This document shows positions 1 through 13,195 of a stretch of 64,000 bases of DNA, piece after piece. Made by a program: the position numbers and the translations under genes. Position 1 is the stretch's first letter. Every line of letters begins with the position of its first letter. The stretch is from Antechinus flavipes (taxonomy: Eukaryota): NCBI RefSeq assembly GCF_016432865.1, contig NC_067398.1, positions 312,170,001 through 312,234,000 on the forward strand, written 5' to 3'. The notes under the pieces are model-generated. The model made no database searches, was not told the origin of the DNA, and saw only the letters and a program-made list of their open reading frames with translations.

Positions 1-1184
1 TCTGCAACATTTCACATTGAATTAATACAGCCATTTTGGAAAGCAAAAGTTAACAACAATGCACTAATGTATCCATATTTCCACAATCCCTCCAATATTG
101 ACTATTTCCATCTTTTGTCAACTTCTGACTTCTTACAAGGTCCACTTTTCTTTCACACTTGAAACCATATTTGCAACCATTAAGTGCACTGATAGGCAGG
201 CTTACCTAACTTAAAACAAAAGTAATTAATCACTGGTAGAGACAGCAGAGAGCATAGATCATTTATAAAGTTTGGGGAAGGGAGAGTAAAAGACAAGCAC
301 ACAGGTTTCAAGTTGGCAGAAGAATATCTCCTTCCAACTCTATATGGCATTATGACCTGAAAACTGCAGGTCTAGAATACATTTATTGGGTCACAGTACA
401 AAAAGTTACTCTTCTAAATTACAAGACTCCAAGACCATGGAATAGATACAAAAATATCATCTTTGGAACAGATACAGAAATATCACTGTTAGCTTCTGAT
501 AAAGGATCTCATATTCCTGATGAATACTTAGGCCTTCGTTTAATACCTCTAGCTACCTCATATCTGGAATTTCATCTTAACTTCTGCATCCACCATGTCT
601 TAGAAATTGGTCTTATTGAGGATAGCTCTCATCAGCTTTGGGTAACGAGTAGCTCTGACTATAACTGATGGAACCTGGCAGAACTTGTGCTGTACTAGCA
701 TAGTTTTCAAGAATGGAGGTAATGAGTAAAACTCAAAAGTCCTGGAGATGGAGTATCTTATTGCATTTAGTCACATCACATTGAGTTGTTTTGACTGCTT
801 TGGAACCACATAGAATCAAATAAAAATATTCATTGAAAAAGTTCTTATTAGCCACTGTAGAGATAAGTACAAAGACATATAAAACTATGGTCTCTGCTCA
901 GAAAGATCTTATGCTTTAGTTCAAGAGACTAAACAAAAATATGTAAGACAATAATTCCACCCTCAAAGGCCCTATAATTTTGTAGGGAGGCTACAGATAC
1001 ACTGGAATAGTTGATTAACAAGAGTTAAATAGAATCTTAGATTCAGAGTTAAAAGGGACTTCGGAGATTATCTAATCAAACTTCCCACCAACAACAGGAA
1101 TCCTCAGAAGAGGCAGTCCTCCAGACTCTGCTTTCTAATGAATTCCTGTCCCAGAAAGCAGTCTGTTCTTTTTCTTTTCTTTGA

Positions 1185-1520
1185 TAACTCTAAATATTGA
1201 GAAATGCATCCTTATATTGATTAGAAATTTGTCTCCCTACCACTTCTATTCATTTATCTTCATTCTGCTTTTTGAAGTCACAGAAAATAAGTTAATATTC
1301 CTTTCTTATATGACAGTCCTTCAAACATTTCAAAATAGCCATCATGTTCTCTTATTTTTCTTTTCTCTTTCAGAATAAACATCTCTACTTTCTCCAATTA
1401 TTCTTGATACACCATCAAGAATTTCTATAATCTTTGCCATTATACTAGTTACCCTTCTCAGGGCACATGTTAATATGTCAACATTGTTCCTAAATAACTA
1501 TGAGACTTTACATGCAATCT
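1185..1520. mobile_element. Ancient CR1/L3 fragment; similar remnants at ~32450-32740 and ~51130-51680
   Basis: Shared degenerate motifs (gaaattggtctccct...atatgacagtccttcaaa...tagctatcatg). Confidence 0.45.
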
Positions 1521-4500
1521 AACCAGTACCCTTGTCAAAGAGATTATACTGTACGGTACAAAATAATACAAATTTTATCAGAATACATGAATGATTTTTA
1601 AGTAAATAAAGCAAACAATAAATTCTGTAGAAATTCCAAAAAAAAAGAGATTCCTGTGCGCTGAGGGGAGTCAGAAAAGCCCACACAATGAAAGTAAGAT
1701 TTAAACTGTGTCTTAAAGGAGATTTAAGATTTGGATAACAAGAGAATAATTAAAATGAGATTCTGTGTTTTGGAAATAATGTAATATCCAAAGGCAAGAA
1801 TTAAAAAGACAAGCTTTGGGACAGTGAATAGACAAGGACTCCTATGAAAGAGTTGTGGGTAATAATACTAGAGAAATAGTTTCGGATTACATTGAACTCA
1901 AGGTTAAGAAACTTTGGCTTTACCCTCTAATAAGGGAGGAACTATTAGAGATTGAGCAAAGATATTTCACTATTAATGCAGCATCTTAATTTGTTCTGAT
2001 GATACAGAATTAAGGCTAATTATAAGCAAGATAGGTAGCTAATATATAAAAATGTTTTTAAATATATTTTAATAAATGCACATTTTAGTGCCAAAAAATT
2101 TTGTTTTTATATTTGTTTTGTAACAAATTATATATTACAGTGAAGACTCAAATCTACCAGTGAAAACAATGAAGCGGGAGGGGAGGTATACTTTTAAATT
2201 GCAGGAGAACTCAACTTTCAAACCTTGCCTAAGGCATATAAACAGGTTGACTCTGATTAGATGTGAAGGGTGAATTGGGAAAAAAAAAAAAAAAGATTAT
2301 AAGAGCTGTTATAAACCTATGGTAGCTTTTCTTTACAAAAAAAACTTTGTCATATAAGATGACTCTCTGGGAAGGGAAAGTAGGTGAGTGGGGAGTCCAG
2401 AGGAAATTTAGATTATATAAATGCAAATTATATCAGTAAAAATTTATTTTTTTAAACAAAGCCTATTATTTTCTTCTAATCATACAGGGCCAGAAAGAGT
2501 AATCAGGATGGCAATAATTATTTGGAAGGAAAAGTCATTAAAAATTATTACTGATTTAACTGGGGTAAAGTAAAAAGACTAAGGAATATTGCATCATTCA
2601 TCTACAGGGTACTTGAACAAAAACTGATGCACCAATAATGATATTTTCCATTAGTTTTTCCAAGTAAATACTACTGCTACTCCACTTAATAGGGGTACAA
2701 TTGTATTGTATCATATTATTACAGAAGGTTGCTTTTAGGGATATACATAACATTCATAGAATTATCACAGCACAAACTTAGAACTGGAAGGTACTCTAGA
2801 AACCAAATAGTTCAATCTACTCATTTTACAAATGGGAAAACTGTCCCTCAGAAGTTTAATGACTTGCCTAAAATCACACTGGTAGTGGCAGATGTAGAAT
2901 CTGAAAACAAATTTTCCTGACTCCAAGACCAACATGTTAGCCACTACATCATGGTACCTATTCTTTGCATCCCCATAAAGATTAAATACAATAATTAAGA
3001 TTTGAGAGAAATTTTGTTTTATTCTCCATTCCAAAAACATTGTTCCAAGACACTTAAATAATATATTAATCTTAAAAAAAAAAGACAGCAGCTTTAATTT
3101 ATACACAGATCTATAGTTTTATATTTACAAATATTTACATTTGATCTATATTTGTATAGCAATATACTAATGTAACTTGCCTGACAATCTCATAATTTTT
3201 TGTAATCTAAGGTTCTTACACAGAGATTTGTGACCAGTCTGAAGACAAAACAAAAGGCACAGAAATAATGTCACAGTAGGAATAACTGAATTTCCACAAG
3301 ATGAGAATTGTTAAATTTTAGGGACCAAAGAAAACTGAAATCTAAGAAAGATATTCTTCATTACCCTAAGAGAATTTAAGAAAGTTTCTTCTTGATAGTC
3401 CTGTCATGAGAACTAGCTTTATCATGCTTTGATTACTACTGAGGCAACCTGTTTCTATCTCTGGTAGCATAATCACTATAGGCATAGGCAGCTTTATGTA
3501 ATTAAAGTTGTATCCTTCAACACAATTACTGCAAGAGAATAAGACTAATTCAAATCATCCAGAGTATTTAGTTACTGTTGTCATTAACAAAAATAAAAGG
3601 AAACAAAGTGCATTGTAAAGTTCTCTACTCAAATCTTGTTACTTAGATTTCAGTAATTCTCTGTAAACAAAGAATTCCCAGTTATTGGAGTAAGGAGGAG
3701 GAAAACTGAAATCAAAGCAAAATCCTCATCAATGAAAGATCAAGCTTAAAATGAAAAAGGAAAAAAAAAATCTTAATGTGTTACATAATCTCTAGAAATA
3801 GCCAAGGCCCAGTTTGGGGACTGGGTTAATGGGGATTTAATAATCCTGTGGGAGAGAACAGAGAGGGGGAGGGGGAAAGTTCCATCTGCCAGCAGAAGGG
3901 GAGACAGAATCAAGAGTAGCAAAACAACACTTCAGCGTATGTAGAACACATGGAAAAACTGAATCTAAAATTCTCCAATGGAGCACTTCACTTAGAGGTT
4001 CCATGAAGGAATAAGGAACATAAATTCCATACAACCAAATTACTTATCTGCCCCTTGTTCTGAACACAGAATAAATCAGGTCTTTGCTATCAGTGGCCAT
4101 CAATGAGTGCTTCAATGAATTTTCCAAATTTTAGTTATGAGACCAGGTGCAACAAGTTACCTGATTTTTGCAACCAGATATATAATTTCTTAAAACCAAA
4201 TACCATATCCTAGATTATTTCAAGCACATTTTATATCCTAATATCTGCACTCACTACAGCAAAAGTCACTAAAGAAATCACATCACAGATCCTCAAAACC
4301 CTGAATTGTTCTGAAGGGAGTGATGATAAAAACAGACCTTCCTACACTCTTCCCAGAAAGCACAAAGTCTTTCACAATACCTGATCAAATCATACAAAGG
4401 AATAATCTAGGCTTCAATCTTACAAAAGGAAGAGGAAATGAGAAGAAAGATGGATTATAAACCCAGAAAAACAATGGTGGAAAGGGAGGGGAAATCATAG

Positions 4501-5669
4501 ATTTATCGCAAGGACAAACTTTAGAGGCCAACTAGTCCAAATTGCTCTTTTTACAAATGAAGAAATAGAGGCCCAGAGATTAAGTTACTTGACCATGGCC
4601 ATATAGGTAGGTAGCTTGATTTGAACCATTTCTTTTGACTTAGATTCTAGTGCTCTTTCCAATGGGCCATAGCACTACCTCACTAAGAATAAGTAACAGT
4701 TATAAAAAATTTAAAAAAGTAAAGCTCAGGGTAATAGCTGCTGTAATTTTTTCCCCATTTCTTAAGAAATGGTAGGGGAGGGGAAAGGAGAAAGACTTGT
4801 CAATTTTCTAATCATTCCACAATTCAGCCACCATTCAGCTAGGACTACCAAGCACTGGCAATGCAGTATTGCATAGAGACATGATGTTACATAGCTAGCC
4901 AACAGTAATATGCCATAGGGCAGCTTGGAATAAGCAGGAAATTTGACATTAACATACAACTACCCCCCACAAGAGTTAAAAAAAAAAAAAAAACAGGAAA
5001 AGAAAAAAACAATATTCTTTCTCTCCAGGAGTGAAGCAACAAGAATGAAAAATACCACCGCACTAGAATTAGACTGATTTTTGTTTAGAGTGGTCTGGTT
5101 TTGAGGGTTTTTTTTTTTTTTTAATGGTAGATAGGGGTTATAGTACAAGTATATGAAGGCCCGAGTTTGAATCCCACCTCTGAAATTTACTAGATGTGAG
5201 ATTACAGACAATTACTGATTGTGTGATCATGGTCAAGACATTTAACTTCTACCCTGTTTATTCATTGGTAATACAGGATAAAAAGATCTGTGCCAAATAT
5301 GGAACTGTAGTGAGGGTTAAAGGAAATAAATTATGTAATATGCTTTGCAAACTTCAAAGTAGTATATAAATTTAAGTTAACATAATAAAAGAGTTTGGAA
5401 GACCACTTATAGGAACTTTACTCTCCAAGAGTTGAAGAGGGAGGAAATTTTACAACTCCTCAAGAGTTCTGATTGGGGGTGAGGGGAAGGGAATTAGTTC
5501 TAGTTCATATACAGAGGGAGGAGTGAGTTTTACAAAAACTTAGCTCCTCAAGGTGTTCCGATGGGAAGGATCTTATAATAATAACGTAATTGCTGCAGGT
5601 GTTCATGGCGAGAGGAAGCTTGCAACGTTCAGCTCCTTCAGGAGTTCAAATGGGAATGGGAGAGATTTT

Positions 5670-5990
5670 ACAATAACCCATTTCCCCAGAGGCTTAGGAG
5701 GGTATAGTTGTCATCTTATCCTAGCATCCCAGGGGTCTGGATAGAGGTCTCTAACAATAGCCTCGTCCCCCAAGGATGCCACCGAGCTTTAGCAGCCCCA
5801 GAGGTAGGGGTTTCCAACAATAGACCCCTCCCGAGGGGTTTAGGGAATATAGATGTCATCTTATCCCAGCCCTCCAGGGATCTGGGTGGGGTCTCTGACA
5901 TTAGCCCCCTCTCTCACGGATGCCAAAATTAACTAGCACCCCCAGAGGTCTAAGTAGGGGTCTCTAATAATAACCCCCTCCCCAGGAACT
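5670..5990. repeat. Degenerate ~150-bp tandem repeat (dimer of ~83 and ~66-bp subunits) in UNC13B intron 1
   Basis: ACAATA(A/G)CC-like motif at 5670, 5754, 5817, 5898 and 5967; shared blocks tgtcatcttatcc, ggtctct, ggatgcca, cccagaggt. Confidence 0.7.
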
Positions 5991-5994
5991 CAGG

Positions 5995-6650
5995 TGGGAC
6001 GGACGCCGCCATCCCCCAGCAGCCAAGAGTCCGAGCGAGGGGCTAAGAGCGCAGCCGCGCGGAGTTTGGAAGGGGCAGGAAGGTAGGTGGGGGAGCCGGC
6101 CTCACTCACCCCGCACACAGAGCAGAGACATGGTCCGGGAGAAGCGCAGCCGGAGCCGCTTCTCCTCCGCCTCAGCAGGTGCAGCTGCCACTCGGGCTAC
6201 CGCTCGCCTCGGGCTCCCCGGCTTCGGCTCCGGCTGCTCCTCATGGCTCCCGCCCCGAGCGGGCGGCGCCGGCTGCTCCCCGAGATCCGCCCCCCTGTCC
6301 GGTCCCCCACCTCACTCGCGGCGTGGGCTCCGGGCGGCCGAGACCACCGGCTGGAGGGACAGGGGCAGGGGCGGGGGCAGCCGCCGCGGCGCCATCTCGG
6401 AGGGAGGCGGGAACAGCCAGAGCACGCTCTCCCCCTTCCCTCCCCCTCCTCTCTCTCCTCCTCCCCCTTTTCTCTTCCAGCCTTCTCCCGCCAGAGTCCC
6501 GAAGCCCCGGCGGAGTCCCAGCCCCGCCACCACGCCCCGTCCCGCCCTGTCCCTGACCAATCAGCTCCAGAGGACTGCTCTGATCCCGCCCATAAGAGGC
6601 CGGAGTGGCAGGGCCGGGCGGAGATTTGCTCTTGCTCTTTTGTAGGTGTG
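5995..6650 (-). promoter_or_regulatory. CpG island / UNC13B promoter and 5'UTR
   Basis: Dense CpG and GC content, GC boxes (CCGCCC), CCAAT box (GACCAATCAG ~6555) upstream of the UNC13B ATG on the - strand. Confidence 0.85.
6110..6131 (-). CDS. UNC13B: UNC13B (Munc13-2) first coding exon, 22 nt, MSLLCVR+G; rest of gene lies left of the window
   Basis: Reverse complement reads ATG TCT CTG CTC TGT GTG CGG G|GTGAGTGAG, matching the UNC13B N-terminus MSLLCVR(V) with a consensus donor. Lies in a CpG island, head-to-head with ATOSB as in human. Too short for the ORF track. Confidence 0.9.
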
Positions 6651-6671
6651 GCTTCAGTAAAGAACAAATTC

Positions 6672-6779
6672 ATATACAAACATACACACATACACACGCA
6701 CACTTGCACACGCACATATTCTCTCATCCCTATCAGCCCATTCACCCCCAATCTTCTCTAGAACAGGGGCGTAGTTCAA
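6672..6779 (+). repeat. 108-bp segment duplicated exactly at 8335-8442
   Basis: Identical sequence atatacaaacatacac...ggggcgtagttcaa at both sites. Confidence 0.95.
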
Positions 6780-6999
6780 AAGGAGTCCCTCTCCTCACCT
6801 GGAGGAGAAAGAGCGTGGTAACCAATTGCTCCGCCCGCTTTGGGGACGGGACTTCTAAGTCTCCTTCCTACCTTGAGCCTGTTAAGGCGGGGTTTGTTTT
6901 TCCTACAGGTGCATTTCCTTGAAGTGCCTAGGTTCCTGGGCTCTAAGGAATAACGTAAGATACCTCGCCCATCCCCCACAGAACAAGCTTCAGGGAGTT

Positions 7000-7215
7000 G
7001 TTCAATCCTTTTAGTCAGATCCGGCTCTTTGTGATCCCATTTAAGGTTTTCTTGGCAAAGATAACTGGATTGGTTTGCATTTCCTTCTTCAACTCATTTG
7101 ACAGATGGGGAACTGAGGCTAACGGGCGTTTAAGTGACTTGCCCGGGATCACAAAACTAGCGTCTGAGGTTGAGTTTGAACTTAAGTCTTCCTGACTTCA
7201 GGCCCGGTGTCCTAT
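7000..7215 (-). mobile_element. MAR1/MIR-type SINE
   Basis: ggttttcttggcaaagat...ctcatttgacagatggggaactgaggc...gtcttcctgact core and tail. Confidence 0.75.
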
Positions 7216-7418
7216 TCACTCTGAGTTAGTATTAATTTGGTTCAAAAAAGTTATCAAGGAGTGAGGCAAAAAAATTAAATATACAAATGATTGGCAGAAG
7301 CAACATAAAAATGAAAAATGCAGGGACTGCAGAGCAGTGAAGATGCTGGGGGAAAAGATCATTGAAGCATTTCCTAAAGTATGAAATAGAACAAAAAAGT
7401 TCAGAAGGAAACAAACAA

Positions 7419-7442
7419 ATTATATATATATATATATATATA
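7419..7442. repeat. (TA)n microsatellite
   Basis: Read directly. Confidence 0.9.
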
Positions 7443-8334
7443 CACTCTAAAAATAACATTGAATTTATTTTTTACTTTTAAAAAAATCAATCTGTATGCA
7501 GTAGTGATTTGTGGTTTTGTATGTATTAATCCTCTTTTCTTTAATCTATTTTTCTGTATGGCAATTCCCTCCCCCCCCCTTTTTATGTTTGTTAAATTTA
7601 GAACAAAAAAAAAAAAAAAAAAACTCAAATTTAGGCAGTTTCTTATTGCCCAAGAGTTTTTTAAAATGAAGCTATTCAACTTGGGAAAGATATTTTATTA
7701 GGGAAATTACTAATGTTTTTAAACTAATTGCTACTGAAAAGGAAAAGGGAACAGATTTATTCTGTAAAGCTCAATTAGGGCAAAATCAAAACCAGTGGGT
7801 AGAAGTTAAAAGGAAGCAGATTTTAGTTCTGTATAAAGAAGCATATTAATAGTTAAAACTATACATCAATGAGAGACTAGACTGCCTTAGGATGGAGTTT
7901 CCTCCATCACTGGAAGTGTTTAAGCAGAGGTTGAATAACCATCAAAGATGGTTGTGGAATGTCAATATCAGAGATGTTGTGGAAATAATTTATGTTTGGG
8001 CAAAAGTGTGGGCATAACCTCCTTCAGTTCTAAAATTCTAAGGCTCTAAGGAGGCAAGGTGAAATTGGAAAAGTAGAATAGATGCCTCTAGAAATTCCTT
8101 TCAGCGCTAAAATTCCATGATTCTCTGAATGTAGAAATGTTGAAAAACTGTACTTGAGAGAATAGTTTCAACCTCTTTACCATAAGAGGATGCTTCTCTG
8201 TCAGAGATATTTGGATATGAATCATTTGAGTAGAAATATTCAAAAGCTCTCAGATCCCTTCCAAGTAGGATACTTTTATTCTTTTCTCGTAAGTGCTACT
8301 GACATTAAAATAATAAGAGTTTCTCTTATTACTT

Positions 8335-8442
8335 ATATACAAACATACACACATACACACGCACACTTGCACACGCACATATTCTCTCATCCCTATCAGC
8401 CCATTCACCCCCAATCTTCTCTAGAACAGGGGCGTAGTTCAA
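8335..8442 (+). repeat. Second copy of the 108-bp segment at 6672-6779
   Basis: Read directly; peptide IQTYTHTHAHLHTHIFSHPYQPIHPQSSLEQGRSS appears twice in the ORF track. Confidence 0.95.
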
Positions 8443-8459
8443 GTAAAGACACATAAAGT

Positions 8460-8945
8460 AGATTTAAAATTATCTTTGTACAAAAACTAGAAACAAAGTG
8501 AGTTTCCATTGATTGGAGAATAGCTGAACAAATTATTGTATTTTAATGATGAAATTACATTTCATCAAAAGACATAGCAAATATAAATGATTCAGAGAAA
8601 CAGGGAGAGTGCTGTAGGAACTAATGCAGAATGAATTTAACAAACACTTCAAAAAAGTATTTTCATATAAAAAGTAGAACAGAGAAGATTTGTAAAATTG
8701 TAAAACCAATAGAATAATATATAGTGTGTCTTAAAAACTGAAAGCAAATGCTTACCAATTATAACTTGCTACTGAAATAAGAAAGCACCTTCCTTCTTGC
8801 AGTAGAGAAGTGGGAAATTCTAATGTTGAATATTCTGACTCATTGTGTCAGTTAGTTTTGCTTACCTGAGAAGATTCAGTAGAAGTAGGGGAGAAGCAGG
8901 AAGAGTATATCCAAAAATTACTGTGATTTAAAAATAAAAGGTTAA
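8460..8945 (+). mobile_element. Degraded L1 3' fragment
   Basis: cattgattggagaatagctgaacaaattattgtat... resembles the L1 ORF2 3' region. Confidence 0.6.
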
Positions 8946-10380
8946 ACTGTTGACTGTTCTCTCATTTCTTTAGATATAACTCAAATGCTTTGAAGTTTGC
9001 TCTACTATGATAGACTCCATGGCAATGTATATTTTAGAATTGTTCTCTCAGGGTGTGTTGTTTGAAAGAACTTATTTTGATACATTATTTCTCTAGTTAA
9101 GTTAGGCCTGCCTCCTACCTGTTGCTGACTCTTCTAGATTCCTAGAATCAAGACAGGGGCTATTTCCTCAATCAGTCTTTAAAAACAGGAAGCCTGTAAG
9201 GTCGTAGATGTTTTTTTTACAAATCCTTTCCTTCCTAATGAAAAAACTGGAGCATACTGCAAATAGAAAAAAAGAATTAGCTTTGCTAGGCTCAGGCCTT
9301 TATCCCCAGAAGCCTTATATCACTTGGAAATGATAAAAGTTTCTTCAGAAAAGAGAGCAAGGCAAGAAGTGACCGGTCTGGTGAGTCCCCAGACTGAAGG
9401 TGTTCCCTAGGTCAAAAGTTTCCAGGGCCATGATAAAGTCCAGTCCAGAAGACTGAAGCTGGTGAGAAATGAAGCTCAGAAAGTAAGGTAAGAAATCTGG
9501 AAATCATTAAAGACTTAACAGCATATTTTAAATTGAGATCCCACACCTACTTGACATCAAAGGAAGAACAACTTCCACAGCAGAAAATCAGCCTAATTTG
9601 GAATGCCCTCCCAAACCTGAGGAAAGTCCTGCCCTGATTCTAGACCATCTCTAAGATAGGATGGGTAACTGACCTATAAGAGACTAGCTCTTGGCAGCAG
9701 GTTTTGCCTGTGACAACCTTAGTGAAAGCTTGGTGAATCTGCTTCCACATTATGATACTTACTAAAGAATCCTTAACTCCAATTCAGAGAATGTGTAAGT
9801 ATTCAATACCTGTTTGCTGTTGGTTTACTGAATCATGGTGAAAAGTCTTTTAATATCTTCTGAGCCAAAGGTGAATGTGTATACAAAAAAGCACAAACAA
9901 AAGTTCTTTTCCTGATGGTATTCAAGGAAAAGGAAGAAATGTTGTTAGCTTCTGATTGCAGAAAAAGCAGAAACTACTGTCCACTGACTTATCTCCTCAC
10001 CCAAGGTTGCCATGTAGTCATGAATGCATAGTGAGTTGTATCTTCTCTCTTTTTTTGTGTGTTACTTTTTAATCTTGGGTGAATGTGAATCGAAGACATC
10101 ATGGATCAGGTCATGATCTGATATACTTCATAGATAAGGAAGATCTATTAGAGGTAAAACAACTAGATTCTATAGCACAATTTCCCAGTAGCCACAGCAA
10201 TCTAGCTGATCCTGAAGAGTGAAGGGCTTAACCAAGTCCAATGCTGAATTGACCCAGAATTCAAGATACCATATTCTTCAACTATTGAACTAAGAGCTTT
10301 CTTTAGGAACATTATTCTATAAGAACTCTTTCATTGGCTATGTCACACCTAGAAATAAATTTAATGGGGGAATATTTAAA

Positions 10381-12000
10381 TATTTTTTCAATGGTATTTT
10401 ATTTTTCCAATTATATGTAATGATAGTTTCCTTCATTTTTGTAAAATTTTGTGTTCAGGGCAGCTAAATAGTGCAGTGGATGTAGCACCAGCCCTGAAGT
10501 CAGGAGGACCTAAGTTCAATAGGGGCCTCAGACACTTAATACTTTCTAGCTGTGTAACCCTGGGCAAATCACTTAACCCCAATTGCCTCAAGGAGGGGAG
10601 AGGGAGGAACCTTTTGAGTTCTAAATTTTTCTCCTCTCTAAAACAGCAATCTGATATAGATTAAATATGTGCAATCCTTTTAAACATATTTCTATATTTG
10701 TTATTTGCAAGAAAATTCAGACTGAAAAGGGGGGAAAAACGAGAAAGAAAACAAAAAAGATGAAAATTCTATGTTTTAATCCTTATCTAGTGTCCATAGT
10801 TCTCTTTCTGGATGTGATTGGCATTTTCCATCACAAGTCTATTGGAATTGCATTATTGAGAAAAGCCATATCTATCACAGTTGATCATCACATAATCTTA
10901 TTGTTACTGTATACATTTTTCTCTTGGTTCTGCTCACTTCGCTCAGCACCAGTTCATATAGGTCTTTCCAGACTTTTCGGAAATCAGTCTGCTCATCATA
11001 TCTTATAGAACAATAATATTCTATTACTTTCATATACCATAACTTATTTGGCCCTTCCCCAACTGATAGGCATCCACTCAATTTCTAGTTCCTTATTACT
11101 ATAAAAAGAATTGGTATAAACATTTTTACATATATGGGCCCTTTTCCTTTTTTATGATCTCTCTGGAATACACACCCAGCAGTGACACTGCTGGATCAAA
11201 AGGGTATGCACAATTTTATAACTCTTTGTGAAGAATTCAAAATTTCTCTCTGGAATGGTTGCATCATTTCACAACTCCACCAATGATGTAGTGGTGTTCC
11301 AATTTTTTCACAAACACTCCAACATTTATCTTATCCTGTTATCATACCCAACCTGACGGGTATGAGGTGGTACCTGAGAGTTATCTTATGAAAAGTGATT
11401 TTCATATGACTAAAAATGGCTTTAATTTTATCTAAAAATTGTTCATATCCTTTTATCAATTGAAAAATTACTTGTATTCTTATAAATTTGAGTCAGTTCT
11501 CTATATATTTTAGAAATGAGTTCCTTATCATTAACACTGGCTGTAAAAAATTTTTCTCATTTTTCTCCTTCCCTTCTAATTTTGGCTGCATTGACTTTGT
11601 TAGGGCAAAAACTTTAATGTAATCAAAATTATCCATTTTATATTTCATAATATTTTCTAATTCTTTAGCCATAAATTCCTCTCTTCTCCTTAGATCTGAC
11701 AGGTAGACTATTTCTTGCTGTACTAATTTTCTTATACTTTCACCCTTTGTCTCAATCACGAACGCATTTTGACCTTATCTTGATATAGGGTGCTAGATGT
11801 TGGTCAGTGCCTAGTTTCTGCCATACTATTTTCCAATTTTCCCAAAAAATTTTGTCAATTAGTTTTCATTACAGAATGGAGTCTTTGGAGATTACTATAG
11901 TCATTAACTATGTGTTTTGTGCACCTAATCTATTCCACTGATCTCTCTTATTTCTTAGCCAGTACCAAATGGTTTTGATGACTGCCACTTTATAATTTTA
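10381..12000 (-). mobile_element. Older L1 3' fragment (ORF2 C-terminus and 3'UTR) with nested SINE
   Basis: Peptide NKLWYMKVIEYYCSIRYDEQ; similar to the L1 at 62-63.9 kb. Confidence 0.85.
10458..10611 (+). mobile_element. WSINE1-like tRNA-derived CORE-SINE nested in L1
   Basis: gggcagcta...agtgga...agcaccagccctgaagtcaggaggacc..gttcaa head; TSD-like TTTTG(T/A)GTTC at 10447 and 10612. Confidence 0.8.
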
Positions 12001-12311
12001 GGGTGGTGATGGAATTTTTATCCATCATCCATCATCCATTGGGAAAGTTAGATGGCAATGTAGATTACGATGCCAGGACAGGAGTTAGGAAGTTAGGAAG
12101 CCCTGAGTTCAAATCCAATCTCTAACACTTACTAGTGGTCATTTAACCTCTCAATTTCTTCATCTGTAAACTAGGATAATAGCACCTATTTCCCATTCTT
12201 GTTGTAAGGATCAACTGAAAAAATAAAAGCATTTTGCACAGTACCTGGCATATAGTAAGCACTATATAAATTTTAACTATTATTATTTCCTGTTTATAGA
12301 GTATATTCCCA

Positions 12312-12472
12312 GGGGGCAGCTAGGTATAACAATGGATAGAACACCAGCCCTGAAGTCAGGAGGACCTGAGTTCAAGTCTGGCCTCAGATACTTGATACTT
12401 CCCACTTCCTACCTGTGTGACCCTGGCAAGTTTTTGCCTCAGCAAAAAAAAAAGAAAAAAGAAAAAAAAAAA
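12312..12472 (+). mobile_element. WSINE1-like SINE with A-tail and TSD AGAGTATATT(C/T)CC
   Basis: A- and B-box head, poly(A), direct repeats at ~12298 and ~12473. Confidence 0.85.
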
Positions 12473-12974
12473 AGAGTATATTTCCTAGGCACCTACCTAG
12501 GACTCTTCTCTTAGATATATTATTCTTGAATATCTCCTTAACTTCCAGGGATTCAAGTATACTCATTCAATTGATGTCTAGATCTCATGCAAATGTTTAA
12601 ATCTCTATATAATCTTTCTATTGACTTGTCCAGTCTCATGTTCACTTACTGTCTGCCAGATATATCCACCTAGAAGTCCCATTGTCATGTCAAACTCAAC
12701 AGATCCAACACAGAACTAATTATAACCCCAACTCCCTCAAACCTAAGACTCCTCCAAACTTCCCTATTTCTGTCTTTTTTCTCACTAAGGTAGGAGGTGA
12801 AGTATTCTGAGAAGGAGAAGGAGGAGGTAGTTTGAAATAGCTTCTATGGAGAATGTGATAGTTAATCATGGAAAAATAAAAGAATTGTGGTCCAACATGG
12901 AGCTAGATTGTATAAATTTCTAGTGATTGCATTTATTTAAAAACAATGAGATAATACAGTAAATAAAATTCCAG

Positions 12975-13195
12975 ACCTGGAAGATTCATCTTCTTGACTT
13001 TTAAACTTGGTCTCAGACATTTATTAGCTGGATAACCCTGGACAAGTCACTTAATGCTTGCTTAATATTTGCCTCAGTTTCTTCATCTATAAAATGAGCT
13101 GGAGAAGGAAATGGCAGGTCTCTCCAGTATCTTTGCTAAGAAAATCCCAAAAAGGGTCACATTCAGACCCAAATGAAAATAACTGAACAACAAGA
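12975..13195 (+). mobile_element. MAR1-type SINE
   Basis: cctcagtttcttcatctataaaatgagctggagaaggaaatggca...tttgctaagaaaatccc. Confidence 0.75.

Noticed and set aside
6087-6922. Several 100-224 aa ORFs on both strands
   Set aside because: Stop-poor GC-rich CpG island; low-complexity Pro/Arg/Gly translations. The real coding part is the 22-nt UNC13B exon.
12312-12400. tRNA-like A/B boxes
   Set aside because: These are SINE heads continuing into CORE and tail sequence; no cloverleaf or acceptor stem.
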